From Octopus vulgaris (lineage: Eukaryota), in assembly GCA_951406725.2 (NCBI GenBank), contig OX597815.1, positions 127,596,001-127,660,000 of the forward strand: a stretch of 64,000 bases of DNA, in the 5' to 3' direction. Shown one piece after another: positions 35,672-50,979 of the stretch (position 1 is the first letter of the stretch; each line of letters begins with the position of its first letter). The notes beneath the pieces were generated by a model that saw only the letters and a program-made list of their open reading frames with translations, ran no database searches and was not told the origin of the DNA. A program made the position numbers and the translations under genes.

Positions 35672-36570
35672 TACAAAGGCAAGTTAAAAGTTTTGCAATA
35701 TTTACATACCGGTTAGTTTGCTAGGTGTTTCTATTGTATACCTGAAATAGTTCAAGCTTTGGAAGGTAATGCTGAGGTTGGTAGCATCATGGTAGTGCAC
35801 TGATGTGTTGTACATTGCTTCCCTCCACATGTGATTTGAATGTGCAATGAAGTCTAATTCAGGAATATATGCTTTGTGTTCAAACTGGGCCAAAAACATT
35901 TGTTGCACAAAATGTGAAGGTGCAGTTGATCACAGTACAGTAACCAGATGATTCAAGAATTTTCACTCAGATTGCAAGAACCATGACAATCAGATAAGGT
36001 CAGGCAGGCCTAAAACCATAGATTCTGAGGCCATGCTCCAAGCTATAAAAGTAAATCCAGTAAGTAGCACTTGGAGAGTACAGGCAAGTTCAGCCTCTTA
36101 TAGTCCAGTGTGGCTAGTCACCTTTGCAACCTCAGCAAAAACAACTGGAGCTGCTCAATTCAGCCTCATAGAATGAGCCCAGCTCATGTACAGAGCAAGT
36201 GAATATTTTGCAAGGAACTCCTGGAAAATCTGCATAATCTGCAGTTCCTTAAGAGGATAGTAACATGCAATAGAATGTGAATATTTTCCACAATCCATGC
36301 ATAAGTATTGATTAAGCAAGAGCCAGCTTCTGGAACCTGTCACAAAACATGAGCATTCTGAACACAAGGTGATGTTCTGCATGGAATTATGAGGAGATAA
36401 TTCACTATAAGTTCATCCCAGATGGTTGAAATATTGGTGCTAATCTGTACTCTAAACAGCAGGAGAGGCTTATGCAATTATGCAGCAAAGACACCCAGCA
36501 CTGGATAACAGAAAGTGAGCTCTACTACAGCAAGACAATGCAAGACCTCATACCATTCAAACATATCCCT
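35672..36570 (+). mobile_element. Degraded mariner remnant
   Basis: TIR-like TACAAAGGCAAGTTAAAAGTTTTGCAA, then SGRPKTIDSEAMLQAIKVNP and KVMFC..., with many disablements. Confidence 0.6.
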
Positions 36571-36886
36571 ACATATCCCTACATATTCCTACTCCACCTT
36601 CCCTATCCTTCCCATCCCCCCATCCTATTCCACACACCCTCTCCCACATACCCCAACCCTCTGCCTACCCACAAGCCCCAACTCTACCCCAACCCTCAGC
36701 TGAACCCACACCCCACCCGTGCTTTCTCCACTCTCGCTTCTCCCACCACCCAACATCACACCACACCACACTACACCATACATTACACATCACATTACAA
36801 CACACCACCCACACACCCATCCCCACATTTTGTTTATAAAAGAACATTGTTTTTGTTTCGTTTTTTGTGGGTGGGGCTTTGAAGAC

Positions 36887-36927
<41 letters not shown>

Positions 36928-37054
36928 CAGACAGATAGATAGTCAGAGGGATAGAAAGATGAGTAGGGTAAAAGAGAGAGAGCAGGGCTATTCATTTTCC
37001 TACCCACCACTTTTCATTGTATTGAAATGGGTTTTTTAAGGATTGTCAAAAAAA

Positions 37055-37089
<35 letters not shown>

Positions 37090-37599
37090 AGTAAAAACTT
37101 GTTTACTACTTATACCATTGCTTTGAAATGGTTTTTAGGGATGGTAAGAAAAGAAAGGAAAGAAAAAGAAAAAATAGGGAATAAGAAATAAAAAATAATA
37201 AAAAATGTTTTCCTGTCCTTTCTGTTTCATACTCATTGAGTTATATTTAGAATATATTCCTGTCATACATTTATTTATATATTTTTGGTAAAGTGTAGTT
37301 CTGTATGAAAATACATTAGTAAAATAAAAAAAACTATATATATCTCATACCCATACATATGTACATACATAGAAATGTACTCTTTGCTTCTTTTTTTTCT
37401 CTTTCAAACATTTAATTTCAAAGAGAATCTTTTTATGAAGTGTAGTTCCATTGCCTTTTGGTATTGCAGACAATGCAAGACCTGTGTACATTTGTAAAAG
37501 GGAAAGATTTTGAACTTTCCGTCTCCACATATTTCTAGGTGCTTACTCAATGGAATTTTTCATAGTTCTTCTTGCCAGATATGTACATCACACCTAACA

Positions 37600-37641
<42 letters not shown>

Positions 37642-38516
37642 GCATGCACATATATACTTGAATATATCTACATACATGCAAGCATGTATACATGCATAAA
37701 TATGTACTTACATATACATACATGTATAAATATGTATGTGGATACTAATGTAATAATATATAATAATATATAGTAAAGCATTTAATCTGAAACTCTGTTA
37801 TGTATGTTTTTGCACTATTCTTGGTTATAATGTCGACCCAATGACAAGTTTTTTTATCAGGCAACTATAATGCACTGATGGTAATCTTCTCATCTGAGAT
37901 CAGCAATTAGCACATGACAATGGTTCAGCATATATTTACATCAACCGCTTTAAACCATGCAGTGTTTATTTATGTAAATTGTCCTCATTGCAAGGGCAAT
38001 AAATTCGACAAAACTGGCATAGCTGGATGCAACTGTAAATTCCGTGAAGGATCAGAAGAATTTGCTGAAAGTGTATACAGTTGATAGGAAGTCATAATGG
38101 AAATGATGGTGTAACCACCAAAACTGCTGCTTTTATACTATTATGGGGATGAAGTTTTGAACTAATTTGGAAATATTTACATGAAGAGTCTAACAAACCT
38201 ATCAGATTCCTCGAAATTTTCACAGTGGCCTCAATTATCAATTCTGAGAGTGATAATGGCTATTTATATCAACCAGAACACAAGCAGGTATAAATCTGCA
38301 GCAGATAGGGTTGCACATATTTTCATCATCTGATTCAAAGCAAGTACACAGTGCATGTAAATTTATGCCAGCTGATGTTATGGGGTTAATTACAATGGTT
38401 TCTGCTTCATTATGTATTTTAATTCCATCTTTAATTTTATATGAAGACTAAAATTGCTGAAGGAACGCACACGCACACACACAGCAGTAAAGCCATTATA
38501 TAAAATAAGAAAATAC

Positions 38517-38609
38517 CTTAGAGGATCAGGTTCACCTTGACCATTTTGGGGGACATCAAGTTTGCCAGGAACAATTTCATATTCCTCTCCCACAACTGAT
38601 TGAAGAAAT
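38517..38609 (-). CDS. Cadherin exon E
   Basis: TTTCTAG acceptor and GTATTT donor, 93 nt, phase 2 to 2. Translates FLQSVVGEEYEIVPGKLDVPQNGQGEPDPLR. Confidence 0.82.
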
Positions 38610-40580
38610 CTAGAAACATATACACATACAAATATTAGAGATGGAAGAAGTAGTATTAATAGCAAAAGCAATCTTTATACCCTACAAAACATGGATATAT
38701 TGTTAAAGCACTGACTATTGTGGTATTTGAGAGGTCTTCTCATATAGTTATACGATGCTAAAAGCAGTCACATATAACATAGCAGACAAGAACTTCCAGA
38801 TCACATAATTTCAGAATTCTGCACTTCTTCAGTGGCTGGTGCCCAGCTGTAGAAACTATGCCAAAGCAGACAACAGAGCTTGGCGCAGTCCTCTGACTAG
38901 GTACATATGTGGCTGTGTTGTAAGAATTCTGCTTCCTAACCAAAGTAGAATTGTGATTATAACACATTATTACTCAATAGGTTCTCTCACATAATCTTCT
39001 CATGTAAACACAAATTTTATTCCCCTTTTGCTCATTATGTAAAGTTTTTATAATTGCTCATAACTGTGACTAAATTTTTTCACTCATTATTTAAGTACTA
39101 CAACATCAGTTTACTTTCCCCTACTAGCATATTCTCTTTCAACATACTTCCTTCTCCACAACCTCCCCCACCACTCCTTTATCTCAATGTACATCTCCTG
39201 CTGCTTTGACAGACCAGGTGGCATTCCCAACTAATCTATTATCTGCTTCACATAAATTTGACCACCCATGACGTTCGTTTTGAAGAGGATGGCTTTAACT
39301 TCATCTTCTTGCCCCCCCCTCACTCTCTTTCTCTCTGTTTCTTCACTTCTATCCCTGTTCTTTTCTTCTTATATTGTAGAAGTTCTTCCTCTGTCCCATA
39401 CATCACGTTTGCCAATCTTCTTTTGATGAGAGGAGCCAGACTTATTGCAATACCTTCATGTGACTGGTAACTGGTTACATACCCATGACGTTTTGCACAT
39501 TTCACCAGAAAATTATGATTATTATGATTATTTCATAACACTGAGCTCCTTGAAACAGCTGTCATGCTAAGAAATTACCTATTCTATTTTGTATTTTTTG
39601 TGATCCATGTAAATACACATATAGACAGACACATACACTCACACACACACACACACACACACACATGTATAAATAAATATAGACATATATCAATGTCTGT
39701 GTACATGCATGTCTGTATGTGTACACATATACATACATGTGTATGTGTACATATGTGCATGTTACCAAATGATCCGCTGAAAAATTCACAGAATGAATAT
39801 GCACACAAACATGAATATATGCAGAGACTTTTGCATAAATATATACACAAACTCATAAATATACAATCCTATGCATTCATAATAATATGTGAAAAACATA
39901 TAAAATTCTGCAATCAGGCACACACATATAGGTAAAAACAAATCTCACATCACTCTATTAAATGTCACGTGACTCTATTGTGTTCTATTGTTTTATCTAA
40001 GATGGAGACAAATCCTAATGTCTCAGGATACAGACTCAAATAATTAATGAGAGATATCTCTCTGAACATGAAACCAATGATAGTCTGGTTACCCCATGAA
40101 TAAAGAATATTTATCCACTGTGTGTACACGTGCGCGCACACACACACACACAAACACACAGTTTGATAAGTGCCAGCACATGAAACTCTTGAGCCTTGAG
40201 TCACTCTATAGCTTCTGCTGAATATCAATAAAAAATATATACACACATTCATATTTTGAGTTCTATTTTCCCTGTCTGCATCACCAGACCTATACATATA
40301 TATATATTTAAATGGGGAAGGCCAGTTTATGGGATTGCCTTAGGTTTCCCATTCATGAAGAGTGTAGCTTTATGGCATATCATCAGATCCCCAAAACCAG
40401 TTGCCCCATGACCTCTTTAAAATATTTTGAAGAGGTCATAGGCCAACAGGTTTTTGTGATCTGATGATACACCACAAAAAACCTAAGGTAATTCCATAAA
40501 CTGGCCTTCCCCATTTTTAATATATACTGCTCTACATCTTAAAGTGTGCTCTTTGTTTCAGATTTAAGTTTTCTACAAGC

Positions 40581-40676
<96 letters not shown>

Positions 40677-41374
40677 TATTATACATATATATACATATAG
40701 AAAGCAAATATATTTTATTCCACATGGGTGGAAATATAGGAAAAATAGAAGTTGAAAATGCACTGTGAATAGTTAAAATATTTTTTATTACAATATTTAA
40801 ACCTTTAACCGGTTTCACAGTTTACACTGATTTTCAAAAAGTGCAAATAGAAACACGTTGCTTATGTTGCAGCTGTCTTGCTTCTGACTAGTGTTTGAAG
40901 TTTGCCTTATTTTTATATGGAGTTTAAGGCTCAAATTAGTATATGTTTTGAATAGGATTTGATTGTAGGACTGGTCCTAGAAACTTTTGTAGGTTCCCTG
41001 CTTCATTTGTATGTTAGTCTCAAGTGACAATGCTTGGCATTGTAAGTTAAGATTGACACAGTTGACTGAACAAGTCCAAACAAACAATGCTCTGAATGTT
41101 TTCTGTCACATCATTAAGTTTATAACCTCTTGTAAGTTTCCCACTATGTTCATATCATGTGACAGTATATTTTGCATCTAAAAAGAGGGCCAACATGGTT
41201 GAGTGAACATGTTTAGTTATAATCTAGACAGACCTAATTTAATCTGTCTGGAGGGAAAGTGGCAGGAATCATATATAGTCCAACTGGTTAAAGCTTCAAA
41301 TATTTTAATAAAAAATATTTTAACTATTCAACTTCTGCTTTTCCTATATATACATACATACATATATATATGTA

Positions 41375-41870
41375 TAGGATCGATTATTGGGATCGCCTTA
41401 AAGCCTTGAAACTCTACTCTCTCCAGCGTCGCCGTGAGCGGTACATCATTTGTACGATGTGGAGAATATACCGCCAATTTTGCCCAAATGACCTGAACAT
41501 TAGCTTCAAGGTTCATCCAAGACTGGGACCACGGGCCATACATCCCCTGCCCAATTCAAGATCACAGCATACATGTACACTGCAACATAATTTCTTTTTC
41601 CTCAACAAGCCCTGCCCTATTTAACATTGTCCCGAAAGAGATCAAAGAGGAAAAGGATCCCATCAACTTTAAACGAAGTCTGGATAGATTCCTTCAAAGA
41701 ATACCAGATAAGCCACCCATAATTGGATACAACTCACCCAACAAAAACTCATTACTTGAATGGACCATAAACAAAACTTGACTTAAACAGGATTCAAATA
41801 ATCCTATCAGGTGGTGCTATTAAGTTAGACATGGCCTGGACCAATTTTTGGTTGAAACATATCTAAGTTT
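41375..41870 (+). mobile_element. CR1-group LINE 3' fragment (different subfamily)
   Basis: YWDRLKALKLYSLQRRRERY...LFNIVP...FKRSLDRFLQRIPDKP. Confidence 0.85.
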
Positions 41871-42006
41871 ATATATAGTGTTTATATACATATATACATA
41901 AAAATATATGTGTGCACTTACACAGACACACACACACATTCAAACAATACTATATACAATGTAGTTTTGTACTTATAGATGTAAGAAAAAATATCAGTGT
42001 CCTTAC

Positions 42007-42095
42007 TTTATAAATTCTGGGTTTTGACTCCTAACTTCGTCAATTGCCTTTGTAAATACAATTTTGACCTCATTAGCTTCAGATAAAATATGAAT
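42007..42095 (-). CDS. Cadherin exon D (start of membrane-adjacent domain)
   Basis: TTTTTACAG acceptor and GTAAGG donor, phase 0 to 2. IHILSEANEVKIVFTKAIDEVRSQNPEFIK resembles the start of the CDH23 membrane-adjacent domain. Confidence 0.85.
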
Positions 42096-42279
42096 CTGTA
42101 AAAAGCAAAATATATATATTTCATTAGATATTATAACAAATGACAAGAAAATATATGCATCCCATGTAAAAATCAATCCTATCTCAGTAAACATTTAAAG
42201 ATCTCTTACAATAATTTGGCCACTGGTCATTAGGGTCTGGCGAGACATGTGTAAAGTATATATGTAATGAATTCATAAT

Positions 42280-43057
42280 AAAAGAGAATAGAGATTTATA
42301 TCCAGACATCATAAAACTGCAGAAAGATCTAAATGAAATATACAAATGGGTTAACAAAAATAACATGCTGTTCAATGCTATGAAATTTCAGGCACTCCAC
42401 TATTGGTCCAACACCAGGCTAAAATCAAAATAAATTGGATCAGGAGGTAATATGATCCCAGAGTCACAGTCGGTGTGTGACCTGGAGGTTCACATGAGCA
42501 ATGATGAAACATTCCATGTGCATATTACCAAGATGGTAACACTGTGCAGGTGAGTGGCTGGATGGATTCTGAGGATATTCAGAACCAGGAAAAGGGAAGC
42601 CCTGCTACTCCTATGAAGGACTTTCATTCTCAGCCACTTGGACTACTGCTCCCAACTATTGTCCCCAGAGAGTGTGAAACAAACTGTGGAACTTGAAGCA
42701 ATCCAGCGCCAATACACAAAGAAGATTGACTTGATGCAAAAGATGAGCTACTGGGAGAGGCTAAAGGAGCTGAGTCGCCTATTCCATGCAGAGAAGATGA
42801 GAAAGATATGCAGTAATATATATTTGGAAGATCTTGGAGGGTATTGCTCCCAATTTTGGAATTGACGGCTATATCTCATCTTCCCCATCTAAAATAAGGA
42901 CACAGTACTGCAATAGTCTGAGTTTCAAGGGCCTGCAATTGTTTAACATCCTTCCAGACAACCTTAGAGATCTACATGGTGTTGATGTGGAAGTTTTCAA
43001 GGAATGTCTGGACAGGTTTCTATCTGAGATACCAGATGAACCCACATTGCGGAAGGA
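42280..43057 (+). mobile_element. Degraded CR1-group LINE RT C-terminal part
   Basis: LQKDLNEIYKW, DYCSQL, YWERLKEL and IPDEPT. Confidence 0.85.
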
Positions 43058-44289
43058 GATCCCCTGCTCCCTTATTTGGTGGTCAATGCAGAAACTATGG
43101 ATAGATGAGTGGTTGGTGAGAGCTGTACAAGCCATATGCAGGGAAGCTGTCAGTAAGATGAGGGTTGGCAACAAGTATAGCAATGAATTTAGTGTAGAAG
43201 TAGTTCATCATAGTCCTTTAGGCAATAACAGGAATTTAAGATGGGCTGCCCTTGGGAGCTCCTCTATGCTGATGATCATGTTCTTATAGCTGAATTACTA
43301 CCAGAATTAGAGAAAACACTTGAAGATGGCCCTGCTCTTATGTAGAAAAGGCTTAGGTAGAAACTCCATAAGCTGTACCTGGTGGGAGCTATGGACAAAT
43401 AAGAGGTACAGTTATAACTGAGGAAGGTTCACACAGAAAATAGTCTTTGTATATGGCAGATGTATATGCACAATAAACACCAGAAACATACAGAAATTAA
43501 AGTCCATCAAATACCAAGGGGAATACTTAGAAGTAATTGATAGCTTCCATTATCTGGGTGACCAAGGCAGATGCTCCAACAGCATAGCTGCTAGAATAAA
43601 AATATGCTGGGCAAAATTCAGAGAGCCTCTATCTTTTTTTTGATAACACAGGCCTCCCCTCAGAATGAAAGGTAGATGTTATGATGCCTGTGTGCATATA
43701 GCCATGCTACCCAGCAGTGAAACATGGGATGTGACTACAGAGGACATGTGATGGCTTGAAAGAAATGCAACTTGTATGCTTTGCTGGATGTGCAATGCCA
43801 GTGTGCATGTACAACAGAATGTAAGCGTCCTGAGAGAAAAATTGGGCATAAGAGGTATCAGATGTGGTGTGTAAGAGAGAAGACTGCCTTGGTATGGTCA
43901 TGTGATGTGTATGGCTAAGGGCAGCTGCATAACAAAGTGCCAATCTCGAACTGTGGAGGGAATCCAGGAAGACATGGATTGAGATGGTGAAGCATGATCT
44001 TTAGACGTTGGCTCTCACAGAGGTGATGATAAATGATCGAGACCTTTGGTGATTTGCTGTGCTTGAGAAGACCAATCAAGCCAAGTGAAATCATAATTGT
44101 GGCCAGTACCAATGATACGGAAAAGGCATCCACCACACTCCTGGAGTGGTTGGCATTAGGAAGGGCCATAGAAACCAAGTCAAATCAGACAGGAACCTGG
44201 TACAGCTATCCTGCTTACCATATCCAGTCAAACCATCTAACCTATGGTAGAATGAAAAACAGACTTTGATGATGATGATGATGATGATG
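43058..44289 (+). mobile_element. Degraded RTE LINE (RT part to 3' tail)
   Basis: PCSLIWWSMQKL, ELLYADD, LEVIDSFHYLG, SETW and a (TGA)n tail. Confidence 0.85.
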
Positions 44290-44439
44290 TATAAACTTCC
44301 TTTAGGTTAGCTGCTCTACCTTGATTGTTTACATGTTAAAAGGTGGTACTCTTGTGGTTACATAACCAAGGTTTGATTCTGATCACTCCAGTTTTCTTTC
44401 TTGTGTTACTGAGTAAACATGGCTGCTCCACTGGCAGTG

Positions 44440-45430
44440 TGCACCAAAGAAGAATAGAGATCAGTGATTTGTTTCTGCTAGTCTGAAGGTGTGTCAAGGG
44501 CTGAAATTCATCACACACTTTCAGTACAATGCTCTACAATGTAGAAGTGTGTAAGAGCAGACTAAAAAGTTTTAAAATAGCCAGACAAGTGTAAAGCAGC
44601 AAAAGGGAGCAGGATGTCCATCAAGCTACATCACTGAGAGATGGTTCTGGTGAACCAATGAGAGACTATTGATGAGGTAGCATGTTCTCTGCATAGGAAA
44701 CTATCCATGACAATCTTCATTTCCATGAACTCTATGTGAGATGGGTGCCAAGAGAGCTTAACAAAGTGTGTAAGTGCAATTGTGTGGAGATCTGTGAATG
44801 TTTTACTTGACTGCTACAATGACAAAGGCAAAGCATTTTTAGAGAGAATAGTCACAGGAGATGGGAACTGTGTCCATCACTTTGAGTCAGAATCCAAAAG
44901 GCAGTGTATGCAGAGGAAACACCCAGAATCACCAGCAAAAATTCAAGACTCAACCTTCCACAGAAAGGGGATCTTAACATTTTTGGAGATGCTAAAGGGT
45001 CTATACTGGAATATTATCTGGAAAAGGGGTTTACATTCACCAGTGAAATGCTGGCCAACAAAGTAAAACCAGCAATTTTCACCAAACAATGAGATCTATT
45101 GTCAAATCAAAGGGTGTTGTTGCACAACAATGCAGGCCCACATATGGCCATCCACATCTTTGAAAGCAATGAAAAGTTAGGTTCTGAGTCACTAGAATAC
45201 CTTGCATAGTCTAGATCTTTCCCCTTCTGACTATCACCTCTTTGCATCACTCAGAGATCCTTTACAAAATCAATGGTTTGCTATGGATGGATGAAGAAGT
45301 GCATAAATGGTTACACAACCAGCTGCAAAGCTTTTCCAAAAGAATAAGTAAAATTTTTTGACCACTGAAAGAAATACATTGAAAAGCAAGGAGTTTGTTT
45401 TAATAAATTGGAGAAACAAGAGTGTGTATA
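44440..45430 (+). mobile_element. Degraded mariner transposon
   Basis: WVPREL, FLERIVTGDG.CVHHF, LHNNAGPH and DLSPSDYHLF. Confidence 0.82.
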
Positions 45431-45443
45431 ATTTTTTACTGAA

Positions 45444-45483
<40 letters not shown>

Positions 45484-45796
45484 GGGCTCCTAAATAAGGA
45501 TGCCAAGTGCTAGGGACACAAAAAAGGGATAAATTTATCGAGAGTGAAAATCAAAAACATTTACCAATAACGTTATTGGTAAATGTTTTTGATTTTCACT
45601 CTCGATCAATTTATCCCTTTTTTGTGTCCCTAGCACTTGGCATCCTTATTTAGGAGCCCTTGATTATATTTCTACATGAATAATATTTTTCTATATGAAT
45701 AATATTTTGTCAAATGACTAATTCGTCCTTTGTGCTGGGCGACTGGTAGTAATCTATATTATTACCCTTTTGATTATATATATATATATATATATA

Positions 45797-47024
45797 CAGG
45801 GATTTGACAAAAAATGGAAACACCTTAAAATTTCAAACAAATTTATTTTAATATGGGGTAGGACTGCCTTTGGCAGTAATTACAACTTCAATTCTATGAG
45901 GTATGAACTCATACAAAGTTTGAATTGTTTCCAAAGGAATTTTTGTCAATTCTTCAGCTAAAACAATCTCCAGCTCTTGTAGTGATGATGGTGGATGATA
46001 TTGACTTCTTACTTTTTTTTCTAAAATGCACTATAAATGTTCAATAATATTGAGATCTGGGGACTGTGGTGGCCAGATAAGATGTTCAACTTCACTAGAA
46101 TGTTCCTCATGCCATTCAGTAACAACTCTACCTGTGTGAATTGGTGCATTATCCTCCTGAAAGATTGTGTTTCCCTCCAGAAACAGTTCCACAATCATAG
46201 GATGAATTTGATCAGATAAAATGCTTAAATAGTCTTCACTATTAATTCTACCATGAAGGGAAATCATTGGGCAGGCGAATTTCCAAGATATAGCCCCCAG
46301 ATCATCACATATCCTCCTCCATGTTTAACAGTTGGAAGAAGGCGGTCTAGGTCAAATGCTTCTTTTGGCTGTCTACACACATATACTCCACCGGTGGTCA
46401 GAAATAAGGTAAAGGATGACATTCTTCCACTGCTCTAGGGACCAATTCTGTAAGTTTTTACTCCACTCTAAATGCTTTGCAATGGTTGTTTTTGGAAGTA
46501 GTGGTTTTCTGATTGCAGCTCTCCCATGAAATCCGGCTTTATGCAGCTCCCAGCGAACAGATTTTGTGGAAACTGAGTTCTCGAGGTGGTCATTAAGCTC
46601 TGCAGTAATTTTGGGAGCTGTACTTTTGTGATCCTTTCTAATAATTTACGTAAGAGTCTGACGGTCCCTATCTGAAAGTTTTGGTTTTCTTCCGGAGTTT
46701 TGTTTCGACGAGGAGGTTTTTCACTCTTTCTCAAAGGCTATCATCACTTTTGAGACAGTACTTCTCAGTACACCAAACATTTCGGCTGTTTTCATTATGC
46801 TAGCACCTGCCATACGAGCACCAACAATTTGATCTCATTGAAAGCCTGATAGATCGTTCATTTTAATGAATTTTATTTACCTTTTCCTGATGATATCTGA
46901 AAAGAAAATGCAATTTTAGCAAAAAATATTAAGCAACACTAATAATAAATAAAAACTTTTGACAGTTTTATAGATATTTCAAAATTATAATGCTAGGTAT
47001 TTCCATTATTTTGTCCAACCCCTG
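45797..47024 (-). mobile_element. Tc1-like DNA transposon, both TIRs present, transposase disrupted
   Basis: TIRs CAGGGATTTGACAAAAAATGGAAACACC and GGTATTTCCATTATTTTGTCCAACCCCTG, TA flanks. FQEDNAPIH...WPPQSPDLNIIE is a Tc1-type DDE motif. Confidence 0.92.
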
Positions 47025-47989
47025 TATATATACAATATATACATATTGTTATATTTCAGGATGATCATTTTTGTTTATTGCCAAATAAACACGCATACAC
47101 TATATATTTGTTCTTCACTTGTTTATTACTGTTTCTATTTTATGTCCATTGTTTGTAATCTTTTGTCACACACCTGTGACCTCTTCAGCGACTTTCTATC
47201 AAACATCTCTTCCTGTTCTGGTTTGTCCACTTAGAAACCCAACAAAATGACCACCTTTCACAAGCTACCATCCCACTCCTCTCAATCATCTCCCCACTCT
47301 CCACCTCTACATCTACTTCTCTCAATACTTTAATCATTCACCCCTCCCTCTTCCTGATTTGACTTTGCTTCAACACTTCCCACAACCTCATTAAGCTGCC
47401 TACTTCCTTCCTCCACTTTTGTTTACCTTCCTCTTCACCCATCTACCTTTGAATTTCCCTGCATTAATATTTGAAAAGTTAGATACCCATCCTTCCACCC
47501 TGAAGACAGAGACCAGATCTATCTAATGTTTATGTGCTCCCACTACAGGTTCATATCCATGACTTTTACGAAGTACATCTGCCAACATTATGAAGTAATT
47601 CTAAGTCCCCCAGAAACAGCTGTTGGACCTGTAAGCATACTTCACCTCTTAATTTGCTGAGTCTTTGTAATCTGTGTAAGTTTGCTCTGTTAATATATAA
47701 ATATCTATATATTCATACATAAATATTCATTGTCTAAATATTTTCAGTCTTTATTTTCTCTCTATTTACATGCATATATGTCTATATATTTTGTGTATAT
47801 AGCCAAAGCAGTGTCATTTCTTAATTTGCATCGTTGTCTCTACATCTACTTCTTGTTATAGCCACTCTTTACCCCATTGACTTAGTCCTTGGGAAAGATT
47901 TCAGAGTGTAACTTCAGATCATTTGAGTGCTAAGTCTTTTCTGTTTGAGTATCTCTGAATTTTATTTGTTAACTCTCTCTCTCTTTCTC

Positions 47990-50970
<2,981 letters not shown>

Positions 50971-50979
50971 GCCGCTGCC

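Noticed and set aside
36472-37039. Pro/His-rich ORFs
   Set aside because: Low-complexity C/A-rich sequence with no splice or domain support.
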